NCBI GenBank assembly: GCA_012295275.1
Contig: CM022665.1
Coordinates: 27,218,001-27,282,000, forward strand
DNA length: 64,000 nt
Reading direction: 5' to 3'
Source: Chrysomallon squamiferum
Taxonomy: Eukaryota; Animalia; Mollusca
Each line of letters starts with the position of its first letter. Position 1 is the first letter of the stretch. Made by a program: the position numbers and the translations under genes. Under the pieces are notes generated by a model. That model did not search any database and was not told where the DNA came from. It saw only the letters and a list, made by a program, of their open reading frames with translations. Positions 13,901-29,939 of this stretch are shown one piece after another.

Positions 13901-16900
13901 TGTTTGAATAGCTGCAAAAATTTGTTGTTTTATTGTTGTGATTAGAGGTTGACAGTAAACACAGTTCTTATAAACTCGTATACAAATTAAACTGACTGAA
14001 ATGGACATAATAAATAACAAGATTACAGTTTAGAAACCAGTGTAAATAGAGGTCTGAGCCTCGAGGGAGCAGGCTGTAAGTAATCATAAACATGAGTCTG
14101 TATGAAATATTTTCTTTCTAGTAATACTAACACAGAAAGTTTCTGCAGCCACCAGCATTCACCCGCCGAACCCACTCAGCATCATGTTTACTCATTTCCC
14201 ATTTCTTCTTGTTTCCCAAATCCTCCTCATCAAGTGAGTCTGGTCCAAGGTTACAAATCTCCAGCTTGTGGAAATTCATGGAGAAATCTTTGTAAGCCAT
14301 CCTGAAATAGGAAATTTTAAGAATAAAATCAGCATTTGTTGAATAAAAAAATAAAAAATGACTAAAATATTGACTGTAATAAAGATGATAAATATTTCAA
14401 ATCTATTATATCGGATATAATAAAGTATCATATCACAAAATTTGATGATTGTTTTAGAAACAGATATAGATTTTTTTTTTCAGTCACAGCTGTCAAATTC
14501 AACAAGCTGTTTTTCAGATGTTTATCTTACAGTAACACCAGTCATTCATATTCAAGAAAACATTCTATAACTAACTATCTTCTGTCACCTGTGGTTTAAT
14601 CTATTTTAATTCTTAATGATATCAGGATTTTGTATGATTTAGTACCTTATATGTGCTTTTAATTCATACTTCAGAATGGACTTAATGGATATAAACATAT
14701 GCTATATTTGGTGTGTGTCTGTGTGTGAATTTTCAATGCAGTCTAAAGTGAAATTAATAGAAGAGTGTTAATCAAATCCGCTGTGTAAACAGAAACATTT
14801 AGCTATGCTGTTTAAAACATAGTGACCATTACCAGCAATTGTACAAAAGAAATGTTTCAACAGAGGAATAATGAGAAATGACCAGCAAATTAAAAAATCT
14901 GAATGGACTGACAATACACACAAACTTTCATATGCTGACATTCCATAAAATGATAAAACAAAATAAATCCTTTGTTAAGCAGACTTTTGCAACTGATGTT
15001 TTTTGTCAGTTGACACTTGATAGATGTTTAACATTTGTAATAAAACATACTGCAGTTTTGTGTCATTTTAATCTTTAAAAACAGGCACTCTACCTAAAAC
15101 GGAGTATCTTGTTTGTCCCAAATGAATCTGGTTTTGACAGAGTCCACTGTATGCGCATGTGTATGTATACACACACATATATAATATTAAAACATAACAC
15201 TTACAAGAAATTGTATGGAGCAATAATTAAATTATTAGTATTCTGTAATAGAGGTTCATGTCAAACACGTACCAGAATTCACCATCATCATCAAAAGTCA
15301 GACCAATTTCTTGTTTCTCATCTTCAGGAATATACTGCCACTCTGGGGACCTAAAAAAACCCAACACAATTAATAATACATATATATGTGTGTGTGTGAG
15401 TGCATTGTGTGCGTGTGTGTATCTTGTAATCACTATGTGTAGTGGTCAGATATATTTTTACATTTTCAGACAAAGACCAAAAAGTACTTCTTTAGTGTTT
15501 AATTGCTGGTTTAGATCTTAAAAGACAATTCTGAAAACAGTTTTCATTTAAAAAATAACCAATTGTTGTTATGTAAGATGTATTTTGTTTTGGCAGTAAT
15601 GAAAATATCTTACTGGTCACTCCAAGCACCTTTCCACTCACACTCATTACCCCATGGATTCCTAATACGGACCATTGGCATCTGACCCGAAACATTAGGT
15701 GTGCGAATATCTACCTTTAAAATTAGAAATAAATATGTTATAAATCACTGATTATAAAATATCAGTAACAAAAAAAGATTAATGGTAATAAGCTATAAAG
15801 TAATAATAATAATAATGTTTATGGGGAAGAATATTATAAAATAATAACCTGACAAAAAAAAAAAAAAAAAATGTAATATATTTAATTTGTTTTAAAAATT
15901 TCAATAACTAAAAATAGATATATAATTTTTTCTATATTAAATATAACATTGAACATCATTAGTGTATATTTATTTATTAGAGTGTAAATACTACAGTAAA
16001 TGTAACAAGAGGGAAAAATGTAATTTTACAAGCATTTTAAGTATACAAAAGTTAAAATCTTTAGAAATAAAGATGTTTTTTTTAAATTGGTTTCAGTGCT
16101 AAACATATGAATGTATCAAAATCACATCAACTGCATCAAATAAGCAGCAGAAATTGCATTTTTTAATTTAAAAAAAGAGTTAAAAGCAAGGTAAAAATAA
16201 AAATAATTAAAAAACAAAAACTTTTTATTTAACCCTTTGAATCCTGACATATATGGTGACAAAAAAGAACTCAACAGTTGCTCCAAAATGGTAAACTACA
16301 CAATTCTGCGCATGAGTTTATTTTATTTTCAGTACTGTGACTGGTTAAAATAAAAGGAAGGAGTTCCTTACTTCTGTGCTTGGCTTTACTAGTGGCCAGG
16401 CAGGATACTGCTACAGTATCTTTGGTTGCCAAGGAGGCCAGTCAGGTTCTAAGGGTTAATTCATCACATTTCTGTTGTTTTTTTTAAAACAATTTTTTTT
16501 TACTTTCTCACATGTGTTTGTATTTTTGTATGTATCTTATAAAATTATTTAAAAAAAAAAAAAAAATTAACAAAAGAATTAAATAAATTATTAAATAACC
16601 TTGTATAAAAAGGTAGAAATACAAAATAAACTGTTACTGAACTTCATTATGTAAGTGCTCAGCATGCTGAAACTTATTAACTGAAGCAGTCAACTTTGTT
16701 AGATGTAATTAGCCAAGATGTTTAGGGTTGTTAATTTTTCCCATCTGGTGGTGTGGGGCTTTTTTTTGTTGTTTTTTTTAAGACTGTTTTCAGCATGCAT
16801 CTTTTACTAATTTTAATAATCAGTTCTTCATGGCTGTGTTTATCTGAAAGAAGCTTAAGCAGGCAGTTATAAAAAAATTTAAAATTATTTTTCTTTTTTA

Positions 16901-19900
16901 AAAAAATATTCACAGAATTATTTCACATTTACCTTTTTTTTTTTGTTAAGTGTACCCTGTGGTGATACCAAAAAATGGTCAAATAAAATTCTTCATACTT
17001 CCAATTCATTATTTATTGCTTAGAGTGATATATTACTGCTTATAAAGCATGACAAAAAAAAGAAAAAAGAAGAAGAATTATACTGTTATAAAACATCTGA
17101 ACAGTGCCGTATTATCCTTTCACAACAGGAATTGTGATTTCACCGCAAATATTATAACTGTGTTTCTGACAAGACTTGAAGCAAATTGATAATCTTTTGT
17201 TATACTATGCTGTAATTAAGAATGGATGACAACCCTAACCCCACTAAACAAACAAACAAAAAAAGATACCTTGGAAGTATGCAGAAAATATTCAGACCAT
17301 TATTTCATATAACCAAGGGTATATTTTAAGCGTTTTTAGAAAAGCAGTGTTGCCACACACAGATACCTACGTGAGCCCAACGGTAGGAAGTGCTAACCTG
17401 TTACCAAAATATCACTACACAGGCAGTGATTAACAGGGACCACAATAAATCACAATAATGTGTTTAAAAAAAAAAAAAATAAAATAAAATAAAATAAAAA
17501 CACAAAGGACACAATGAACTGAAAGATTACTTATCAATAACAATTTAAAGAAAAAAAAAAAATGGAAAAGACCATATCAGGAAATATCAGTAAATTGCAA
17601 ATAGGTATGCACTAAATAACAAATACTGGTACTGGGTACATGAAAAATACTTAAGTTACGTAATACACAACCTGTCTGTGTCTCTTTGCCTTTCAAAAAA
17701 CAAAAAATTAAAAACAAAAAAATAAAAATCTTAGCAATAACCCACAAATGTTAAGAAATTTATACAAGTCTCTTAAAAATGTTCTAAATAGGACAAGTAA
17801 AAAGTTTGTAATTTACTCTATCGGTCAATAAAAAAATAAATAATAAGAAATAAAAGCGAAAAAAACAAGAACTCCCAAAACTAATGGAATTGGTACCCTT
17901 TCACAAAGTCTCGATTTTTCATATTTTTATAAATATCTGTGATACTGTTTTTGACTCATTCTATCCAAAATTTTAACCTTGAATCTTTGAAATCATTTAA
18001 CTCTCTGGTTTAAAATGTTGGCTGAAAGGTTCTTTCATGGAACGTAGTGGTGAATAAAATTTCACCTGTGGTCGTGCAAAACTTCTCCAAAAAGGTAAAG
18101 CTGATGTAAAATGACCCCAAACATTAGTAACATACAAAGAGTACTGATAGTAAATATGCCAAACTAGTATCTAGAGTATCTGAAAAATTACTGATAAAAA
18201 GTAATAACAATATGACATAAATAATAATAATAATATAAGGAGTAACTGAGGATACTGAAATTTACACCGTTCTAATTTCTTCACACAATGTTAAAACAAT
18301 CCTGACTATAAAATTCTGCCAGGCTTACCAGTTTGATAGCTGTTACACTGTATGCATGTCCCACAATCAGACCATTGTCTAGCTCAGATTCTAAAGCACT
18401 ACCTTCAGGCTGAAATGAAAAATTAAAATTAAACAATTAAATTTCAGTGATATTAACATCCACCTCAGTCAGAAAAGAATATTTGCATATTTAATGTACA
18501 GATGATTTGTTTAGGCATAAAAAATTATTTTCTATATAATAACAATGACAAAATATTCTTTAGTAAAGATATGGTTATTTTTCTTTAGACTCTTTTACGT
18601 TCACTAAAGTTTTAATATCTTGTAAAGTTATATTTCTTCTCCTATTCTTAATGCAAGCAACATAACAGAGTAAGACAGATAGATAGAGATCAAAAGAGAT
18701 AGAATGAAAAAACCCAGTAAAAGCTAGTGAAAGGATAAAGAAAATGAGAAGAGTAACTAGATGAGTTAGAAAGAAAAATTAACTAAAGAGAAGATGAAAT
18801 AGAAAGAGAAGTGATGTAAATCACTTGTAGGAAGCTACAAGGCAGATAACTGTAAGGAATCTGTGAGACTAACAAAACATTCCAGTACAGATCACTGACT
18901 TACATCAATGGAACATCCCATGAGAGCATTTCTCTCATAAGCTTTAAGCATGATCTTCAAGAGATTTGGTGGAGCTTTCTTCAAGTCAAACATCTCAGTG
19001 ACACCACCAGTGAAGTCCTCCATTGCCTCACTGGTGCTGCCACCTTTAAGAGACTCGTAAGATCCACACAGCCTGAAATACATAATCAGAAAATAAATAC
19101 TATAAACAGAACCACACATTTTCATCAGCATTAAATTATTTTGTAAAAATACAAAACCAAATTAATAAACTTAAATTATTAATATAAAAAATGCTTATTA
19201 AATCCAGATAGTTTTATTATGAATTCCAGACTTTATCTTTTCATTATGCACTATTAGAAAAAATATTATTTTGTTTTTAAAATATTTTAATATTTAAAAT
19301 CAACTACTTGCAAAATATTTTTATAAGCATGTAAATACAATGTTGTCAAATTATTTTGTATCAGAGCGGTATAAGTAAATATTCCTTGATCTCTAAATTT
19401 GTTTGTTCAATATATTACTTTGCATAGGCTTTTTCCAACAGTGCACTCCAAAATTCACTCTTCTCAGTGGAGTGCATGAAGACAAGCTGTCCACAGTAAG
19501 TTGGCAACCGGTCATCAACCACCACCTCAACCCACTCTCCCTGGTGCCAGATGTTAAATTTGAAAATACCACAGTAGCCATCAGTGAAGTTCTGATCTGG
19601 GGGAACAACTTTGTTCAGAAGTTTCGGGTTGCAGGTCAAGGATGCTACTGCAGCTAGAAGCCAGCAGTCACCTAGAAAATATTTATTAAATATTAGAAAT
19701 GTGTGTGTGTGTGTGTGTTTTTTTGTGTCATGTGCATTGTGAGTTTGTACTTATGCATATGTATGTGCATATTAATATGTGTACATGCACTGCAATGACT
19801 ACACATTTGTCTGTACATAAATAAATGCATATTTATAAATGAAGGACAAATCAAGAAAATAAAAAATAAAATCAAACTGACTTAGTGTGTGTTTTTATTT

Positions 19901-22900
19901 TACATAATTTAAAAAAAAATCTTTATCTGAAATCCAAATTTTATAATTTTTAATACACACATATCTATTAAGAACCAGTATTAAATTCTAAGTTAAAAAC
20001 AAAAAGAGGAGAACAATTTGTTGTGAAAATACCCCTGTCAAACAAGATAGCAGTATTTAAAGATGTTTAATAAATACACTTGTGTAATCAGATTTAAACA
20101 ACAAAAATAAATAAATAAAAAATAATTTAGAAAAAGAAAGAAACAACAAAAACACAATTTCTTTGTGAGCTGAGCCTGTATTACAAAAAATTTGAATTCT
20201 AAATAAATATCTATGCCATATAGTAAATAATTTTGATTGAAAAAAAAACCCCACCAATAATAATAATAATACATTTTTATATTGTTTATATGTATTATTA
20301 AATTTAAAGAAAGCTAGCTGTGTGTATAAAACTCTCACCAAGCTCTCCTTGTTGAACATCAAATCGACTTGCTCCTTCACTGATGAACTCTGGATTGTCA
20401 CAGATTTCCTAAAACACAACAAAAATTAAATATTTATAAACACATTCTATAACCTAATATGTATAACTCCTTGTAAATATATATATACAAACGAACAAAC
20501 CTCTAAATTTTTAAGCTGTGGAAATATTTGTAGTTATATTCTTGTTAAAACAAAACATGCTTCATAACTTGTCCATCGCCTTTAATATATTTTAAGGATG
20601 TTGCAGTGATTATCCACCATCTTACATCTTTAAGGTTGTTTTATCATGATTATTATATTATATGGATTAAATAAAAAAACAGCTGTTTAAAATAACAGAG
20701 ATGTGTATCTCTGTAAATGCACACCACCTGGTTCAACAGTTTAAAAAAAAGTAAACTTTAAAAATCATTTATGAATGTTTCTTTGTGAATATATATCCCC
20801 TGGTTGAATTTGAAACTGAAAAAGAAGAGATCTCTTTACTATGACTGTCGGTGAAAATTTTGTTTCTATAAGAATTCTGATAAGAGGAGAATTTTGTCTG
20901 CTGATAAAGTAGACTATTTGATGATTCACAGAATATTTACTGCATTATCTCACACATTTCGTTTTTTTTTTTTTTTTATACTCCCACAACCAAATAATTC
21001 ATTTATTTTTGTCCGTATTCAAATATTTAAAAAAAAAACAACTAGAATTTAAATTTTTATTCCTTTGTTTACTAACTCTATAAAATACATGTAATGCTTA
21101 AAAGACATAGTTACATTTGAAATGTGTGAGATAAAGCAGTTGTGGCTATGAATGAAGAGAAAAATTAATAAACACACTCTGACATTACTTAGTATTCACA
21201 GTATCTTTTCACAAGTGAGAAATATTTTAATTTAAACAAAAGAGCTTAATAATTCTGGCCATTAACACATTAACAGTCATTCTAAATTCAGTGTTACGTC
21301 ACAACAAAAAAAGCTGAAATTAATATGGAATGACTGTTTCTTGTGGTCTGAAAAGAATTATTTGTTAGATTACTCAATCTGTATGCATAATGGCAAAGCC
21401 ACAGAATAACTGACTATTAATATTATAGTAAATTCTGTATACAGAGTAGGTATAGGTAATATTAGATTATTTCATGTAACATTGTGATAATATTAATTTT
21501 TCTCACCAGTTTCTGGTAATATAAATGTGTTCTGTTTAGTTATGTATGAAGCTAACCAACATTGTAGAATATGTAAATATTCTTAATTATATGTAACTGC
21601 AACCAAATTAGACTGGGTCAGTAGTCAAATATGCATATTCTTATGCATAATTTGCACAAGCCCGGACCAGTAATGCATGTTTTATATTGTATTATAAATG
21701 TATATTGGCAGTATAATTTCATTTATAAATATAAACAGAACGATGTATTATTAATAATATAAATCTGTAACTGCAATTAATATAAATTTATTATGGTAAT
21801 ATAAAGGCATGTTAATAATTTTCATTTTGGAAATATAAATATTAACTGAAAATATATACTTTAGCAGTGATCAGTTTTGCCATGCACTCTATGAATATAA
21901 TTAACCCTGCCTGAAGCAAAAATATGAATAATTTTCTAGCTAAAGGAAACAAAGAAATAGATGTTGCTTTGAAAAATATGACCCAAATATGAATCATTCA
22001 GATAGGAATGCACTTAAAGAATAGAAAATATTAGTGAAATGAGATAATGTAAATGACAGGCAAAACATAATATCTTTATGGATAGATAACGAAGGGAGAT
22101 AAAATACAAAATGTCTGGTTAAAAAAAAAAAAAAATGTTTTTAACTATTGCTTTATATCTGACATTAATTTTACATTTCTAGCTGTACAGTTTGAATTTT
22201 TATTATATAAACAGGATTAAACTGCATTAATAAAAGCTATACAAACTATATTATCACTTTGATAAATAATAATTCTTAAGTAACATGTAATGCTTATATA
22301 TATAATTTTGCATCAAACTATATTAAGAACCTATTATTTATATTAATAAAATACATTTAAATTCTAATATGTGTTAAATACAACAAAATATTTACTTTCT
22401 GATTAAGTAAATTATAAAATCATTTTGATAAATTTAAAATGCCCCTTAGGCCTTTTATTTTACATGGCACTCTATCTAAATATCTGTAATATTAATAACA
22501 CAATATTTATACGTAATCAATCATTTTCTAAATGTCAAATACTCCAAGCAAATTAGTTTTTGTAACTGAAAAAAAAAAAAAATATATATACACATATAAA
22601 TCCTGAATATTTTTCAGTTTCAGTCTAGGCTGTTTGTTAGTAAATCCCAATTAACTTTGTGTTATTTTATAAATACTTAAACTCCAGAATCTCTCACCAA
22701 AAGTAATCAGAATTACTTCTGAATAAAATCAACTGCTTCTATATCAGTTTTACACTATATTGCACTATATTAATGAAACATTGTTATGCTGACATTTAAC
22801 ATTTCATAAAGGTTACAGTGGAGAGATAATTTGACAGTATTTGGTAAGCAGTTTATAATCTATATATCAATTATCTACTTAAATGAATTTCATACAGGTT

Positions 22901-25900
22901 TAATTTGAGATTTAGTCATTTTAATACTGAAAATGCAAAACATAAACTGGATGAGATTAGAGTTTAAAAAAAAAGTAATATCTATAACAATGTATTAATT
23001 TTATAATGTTTTTATTGATCATAAGAATATTTAATGAGGTGGAGATGCACTGCTACTGAAAACTAATACATTTTCAACTTTAAATATCTTAAAACTAGTT
23101 AAGATATTAATATTTTACAGTAATAACCTTGACTTCTCAGTTTTTAAAAACTTCAGTTTAATTTCCTCTGTCAACAATCAGGGAAGAACTTTTTGTATTA
23201 AACTGTCAGTGAGTGAATCATTAACATAGACTCATTATTCATCAGCACTATATAGTATATGCGGTATATATCTTAAGTAAGCTGAAAACAGGATGGTTTC
23301 ATTTTATTTCCTTACAACATGTGTCAACTTTGACATATGTGTCATGTATTACAGCCATTTTTGATCTGTTTATTTTTTCTTTAAATTATTCAGTAATATT
23401 TTAGTTGGATAAAAAATAATGTTTATAGGTATGCAGAAATGAATGAAGTATAATACCATTTTATACAAAGTACAAGCTAGAACCTGTATTTTATAAAAAG
23501 TGTAATGGTAATGTAATAATTAATATATAATACAGTTACTTAGTATATGTTTAGAAACAAGGACGTGTAATAACAGTACAATATTTTACAGAAATTGTTT
23601 GAATTATTTTTGTACAGTAATAAAGCAGAATTTAATAACAAATATAATAAAATAATTAACTTTAACAAAGTTTCATTTTTCTAAAAGAAACAACAAACAC
23701 CTCACACTCAACCCCCCCAAAATACATTAAAAAGACAAAACACCACCAGCCTCAGAACCAACTAGAAAGACAAGACTATATATTATAGTTCCTCCACCTT
23801 AAAATATATGTGACAACACCATTTTGACAGTGATACATGTCCAGCCTGTTTAAACTTTGTCAAAATGTCATTTTACATGACAAAGTATGTGAAAAATAAA
23901 GTGTTTATATGTACTGTAAAGATCTTAAAAATGACCTTCACTGCAGATGTTGGTGAATCATTAATGTTTTATCTTATGATTCAAAGAAAGAAAAAGAGAA
24001 AAAGGGCAGGAGGTGGTTGTGAATATGTCAGTAAGAAATGTTTAAGAATTGCTATATTCTATCAACCATGGCATTTTGGGACAATGTCTTTATATCACGG
24101 AACAGTCTAATGGGAATAGCAATTATATGCTTTCATGATGACCAGTTCAAAGGGGAGATTGACAATACCTTTTCATTATAGCCACTGTACTGAAAATGGC
24201 AGTGTTGGCAATACAACTTTGTAAATATATTCTATATTGTATTTACAAGAAAAGAAATATGATCATATAAATATTTATACGTTTACTAGGTAAATAAATA
24301 AACAAGGAAATATAGTAAAAGTAAGTGCATTAGGATTTAGGCCAACTATATTACATAGCGTCTCAGTCTTCAGGGTTATAGTTCTTGTTTGGTTTCTTTT
24401 CTACCTTTTATAGGTGTTGACATATGCCAGTTTACACTGTTACTGAAACAGAAATTTGGAATTTCTATTCTGAATGGCAGTTTTCAGAAACAAACTATAG
24501 CAGTAATTTCCATCAAGAATGTGTACCTCTTGACTCATCTCTGTAAGACTGAAACTTTGTAAGATACTAAATCTTTCCTCCAAGATTTGGCTTCTAACCA
24601 AACTGACATATTATCTGCAACATCTACAATATCAAGAAACTGAAAATAAATGGCTGTATTTCCTTTTAACATGGGCCTGTAATAATACCTGTAGTTTCAT
24701 TATTAAAATTTCAATTTGGAATGGAATATTCCATCTGCTTATTATCAGATGTGTATTTATACACATGTATATATATTTACATCTATGAGTTCTATTTTGA
24801 ACTAGATGCATGTTTTTGATCAGTTACAAACATCTGGGCTGAACTATTTGGGGCAGGTAAATGTTAGATCAAAATACAGAGTGTATTTCCTGAAACATAA
24901 TCCCTGTTGTTGTCAGAGATTTCACAGTGACTGGGCAGACCAACTGATCTATGGTTCAGCCACAGCATATCCAAGTTCCAGACCAAATTTGGAAATCAAG
25001 CTACCACCATATGAGAGAAACCAAGCGAGAATGCAGGTGATTCCCTATGGTGTGTTTATCGACTGTAGTCAGTTATTCTTAATTACACAGTTCACTTTCC
25101 TTGTTCTTCTTTCAAGTTATCAGCTTGTTATAGTAATTTCTTACAGTAATTGCTGCCAAACAGTTGATTATTGTTGACTAGAACCCCAAAATTTTGAAGC
25201 TTATCATATTTACAGACATCTACTAAATGATTTTATTATTTAAACAATTTGTGATCTTTTCTAAACTAAAGCCTAATTTTAATATTCTACAGATAATTTA
25301 TTACATAATAACTATTTAAAGTTTTTTTGTTTACAGCTTTCTTTTGTTGATTTGCATTAAACAAACAGATCACTTTAACAATTTTTGTTGATATTCTCTT
25401 AATACCAAATTTTAACAGTTTTCATGTAACTTTCAGTAAAACTGTAGATTAATGAGTGGAACTAAATAGCTTAAAATTTACTGCATTTCAAATAGTACTT
25501 TGAAGATTCGTACTAAATGATTTTGATCTTATTTACTTATTTAAAAATGTTTATAGATCTAGAAGGATTTATTTAAAACTTAAAAAGTAGTCTGAAGTTA
25601 AGTTTCTCAAAATGGATGGTAAGTAAATAAATGATAAATATATTCTACAGAGTTGTTAAATCCATTTCTTTGACAACAAATTAATCTTTGTTACCTTCTA
25701 TCTAACTCTGTTCTGGGTTGTTTGTTTTTTAAAAGCATTTAAAGTATGTGAACTGGTACTATTTACAAATGTAAATAACATCACAGTCTACTCAAAATAA
25801 AAATACTGATACAATCAGTGTTTGAGAAGTCTTGATGATAAGTAACCAAGGATTCTGGAGGCTTCACTTAACATAAAGGTCAAATGCCAAACACCTGATA

Positions 25901-28900
25901 TTGTTAAAAGATCTATGGATGAAAAGCTATACCTGCATTACCAGCTTTAAGTCAGGTGTCAACTTACTGAACAATCAATAAGCCTGGAAAATAAAACTCA
26001 GCTTCTTAGTCATGAGGAAAGTTTTGACATGCAACATCTCTATGAAAATATGGACTATAATGGTGAGTCAGAGTAACTTTTACACAAAGGGTCAAGGTAG
26101 CTTGAGAAAGACCTGATGCAGTGCAGTAAATTCAGGTTGAAATATCAAGTAACATGTTTTTGGTGGAACACAGTCGTAAAGGGTTAAAAGGGTATGGTAT
26201 CAAGTTAAATTAACACAAAAGAAGATAAAAAAAGAAATGCTTGGAAAATATATTAGTAAATATTTGTATACCTTGACACATTTTAGTATTTATTATGATT
26301 AAGTGCTAGGATTGTGACTTTTTGCTTAAAGGCAAAAGAGGAAACTGACTGCCACTGTTCCAAGACTTACTCTCATCAACAACCAGCAAAGAAACTGATT
26401 TGCACCTGAACACATACCAGAGTCTTAACACACTGTCGGTCACTAACTGGAACAGGAAATAACTCAGCAGCTGCATTAAGGAGGATAGATTTGTATTGGA
26501 TGATCTCTGAAGCATGCATTATGACCACTGAGATATTATACCTATATTCATGAAATATCTCTTTACATTGTTTGTGGATATAAACTGATACCAAAATTAT
26601 TTAAAACTTCATTGCTAGATGGGGGATTTGTTTTGTTATTTTTTGTAGATATTTCTTCCCCACAAATACTTTGAGTGATGTTTTCTATACAAAAATGTTC
26701 TTCCTAAACAATTTCCACTGTTTTTGTTTTAAGTTATCTCCATTATTTTGTAAGGGAGTATATGTTTTTTAAAGATCATTTCTTAGTTAAATGTTTTATC
26801 ATGATCAAACAAAAAAATTTGCATTAAATACTTGCTAAAAATAGCAAAACTGTTGTAGTTGGAAGCAGGACAGATTCATAGCTTGCCCAGAGAAAACAGT
26901 CTAGTGGCACTTACAACAGAGCTACTTGTTGCAAGAAATTATGGCTGTTTGAAGTGTTTCTTTTTTTTCAGTGTTAAAAAATTTCAGTTAAAAAAAACAA
27001 TGCAGAATTTCATGAGCAATGATTGTATTCAGTTACCTTGCTAAGAATATATTTCAAATCTTCGCTATTAAATTAGCTGTAAATTGAATTTCTGTATTGA
27101 AACTGGTTTTGAACAGAATCATTGTAACTACATGATATAACAGAACTGGGTTACACAGCTAGTGTTTGTTACTAACATTGTACATGTTCATTTTATTAAT
27201 GTTTTCTTGGCCGATATAGAAATAACAGCTGTTCACAAAACAACATTTCCTTCAAATTCCTGATTGTTCATATGTTGCTACAGCTCACAATTCAATCTTA
27301 ACAATAAATGGGTGTTTAACATCTCAACACATTTTAAAATTAACCATTATGAGATGTCAAATCACTTTACATACATGTATGCACACAAGCATATATGCAT
27401 GAATGTGCATGCACACACACAAGTATTTCTTATAGCCTCCAATGATTTTAAAACATTATCCCAGAAACTCCTAGCTCTGAGTCTGATGATTTAACCTCTT
27501 TTTTCACATAAATATAGAATATATCTTATATACTAATTTTTATATTCTAATTAATGGTTCAGTCATATTCTGATGATATGTCCAGTACAGATGTGCTCTA
27601 GAGCTATTTTTGATGATCAAACGAATGAGCATAAAGGAGTGATGTCAGTGTAACTATTTGGGTTCAACCTTGCTGACCTGTTAAACTCCACCTGTTCAAG
27701 TACTATTCAGTGTATATTCTCTATACACAAGGGTCACGTACAGATCATTTGGTTCGTTCTAGTGACATCTGATATAGATTGACACACTTACTGTCACTAA
27801 ATACTTAGTAAGTGTTATAAATGTACAAAATAAAATTATTTACTGATACCTTGGCACATTTATATTATTATTAACAGAATATACTGGTCAAGATTTTTAT
27901 AATAATCTCAATTATGGTGATTTGAGAGGAGAAATTTACTGCAATTAATCCATGTCTATTGAGCAAGAGATGTTTTTACAGTTCTTATCCAAAACAAAGA
28001 AACATATATCATAGTTATAAAATTATATATTTGTCATTTGTATTCATTACACACACACACACACACACACACTCTTTCTCTGTCTGTCTCTCTCTACAGA
28101 GACACATAACACAATACAAATATACATACATATATCCATTCATACAGGTTTAAACTCTGCTTGTTAAATTATATAGAACATTAAAACAAAAATGATTAAA
28201 GTTAAATAATAAATAATACTTCCTAAATAACACTGATTTAAAAAAAACTTTTACTGAAGTATGCAAAATAAATGTTGCTCACAAAACTGAAACTGAGATA
28301 TCTTTACTAAAACATGTGTAAAACATCAGTTAGGTGTGTATATGCATACCAAGAGAGTTCTTATCTTATTCTCGTGAACTAGAGAATATTTTCCATAGAA
28401 CTGCCTGCTTGTATCAGTAGAATTTTTTTGACAGTTCTTTTTTCTTTTTTTTGCAAAGTGATATTTAAGACTTTATATTATATGCTTTATTATAGGTCTA
28501 AGATAAAAAAAAAAAAGGAAACTGATTGATAAATTATAAACACATATAATCTAACTGCAAACAGTTATGGCACAATTATGCCACATTGAGATATTGTGTG
28601 ATCATATTTTAATTAACAAAAGATTAAATACAATATTACTAAAAAGTACATACTAAACCAAAATATAAATAAAAACATACCCACATCTTTAAAAATAAAA
28701 CCTTTTACAAACTCCTAAAAAAAAATATATACCTTTCAGAAAATATAACCATGCAAATAAAATAATTATTCAGTTAAAAGCAAACTTGAAAAGCAAACTT
28801 ACAGATGGCCTTAACCATTCAATCTCTCGTGGAGGATCCTGACTAAAAAACAAGGATTCATTTTCTGCAGGGAATTCTGGATCTTCAAAAAGACCCCCTT

Positions 28901-29897
28901 CTTCTGTTATATTTTCAGTAATTGCATCAAAGACTTGTTTATATATTCCTATAAATGGATCCCTTCTGTCACGTCGGATTGAACGTCCTGGCAAATATCC
29001 CTTGAACATATCAAATATAGACATTTTGAATGCTGATGAAAAGACAGGCCGACCAAAATGTGTGTGGTGAAACCTTCAAAAGTGAACTACAAATGTTGTC
29101 AGCGACTTGAATTGACAATAACACTGTTTGTACACTTTTCACATAACCTTTTCAGCTGCAAACCGGTTCAAACTGCAAAGGTGTAGCTTAAAAAAAGAAA
29201 CTTTTCTTGTTTGGACACAAACATAAAGTTTGGCGTATGTTATCTGTGCATGGAATATGAAATGAGATAAATCCTCTATATAAACTGCAAGATGGCAGAT
29301 TCTATGACCAGTACAGAGAAAGTAGAAATGTTGATGTGCATGGCTAGTTTCTCTGTTTGTGTGTGGGAAATATGTGTCACCTGAATAACAGGACATGGTG
29401 TAACAACGTCAGGAATGTGACGGGTGGTGTCCAGAACTCCCACTCATTGAGGAAGAAAAGAGATAGTTAAGGTACATCTTAATTTAGCTGTTTTTCACAG
29501 ATATTGTATATTGTACTATTTATTTCTTAAATAATACATATATAGTGATACAAGTTAGGTAAGAAATGTTAAACTATTTATACACCTGAAAACTCAAAAC
29601 TGATATTCAAGTTACATTTGATCTGTTAAAGCTTGTACATCAACACTGGCTAAAACCAAAGCTATCCAGGTAAGTCATAGACAACCTAGTTTGTTTTATT
29701 AATAGTTGATATCAATATAGCTGTATTAGCAACATTATATTTACATGCTGACATTTCTGTATTCAAACAACATAAGAATATTAATTAACCTATTAAAGTA
29801 GGTCTATTGTACATTTTCAAAATTAACATCAACCCAATTCGTTACTATTATACTATCTTTTATACTTCATTTGTTTTAGAAACATTATCAAAATCGA

Positions 29898-29939
<42 letters not shown>

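Noticed and set aside
24806-25177. 123-aa + strand ORF as a nested gene
   Set aside because: No recognisable domain, no supporting partner exons; could be an old repeat fragment.
25968-26405. Pseudo-exons in intron 1 with good splice sites (16 nt at 25983-25968; 35 nt at 26405-26371)
   Set aside because: Both shift the frame and contain stops. They show that AG...GTAAGT pairs arise by chance here, which is why the microexon calls are capped at moderate confidence.
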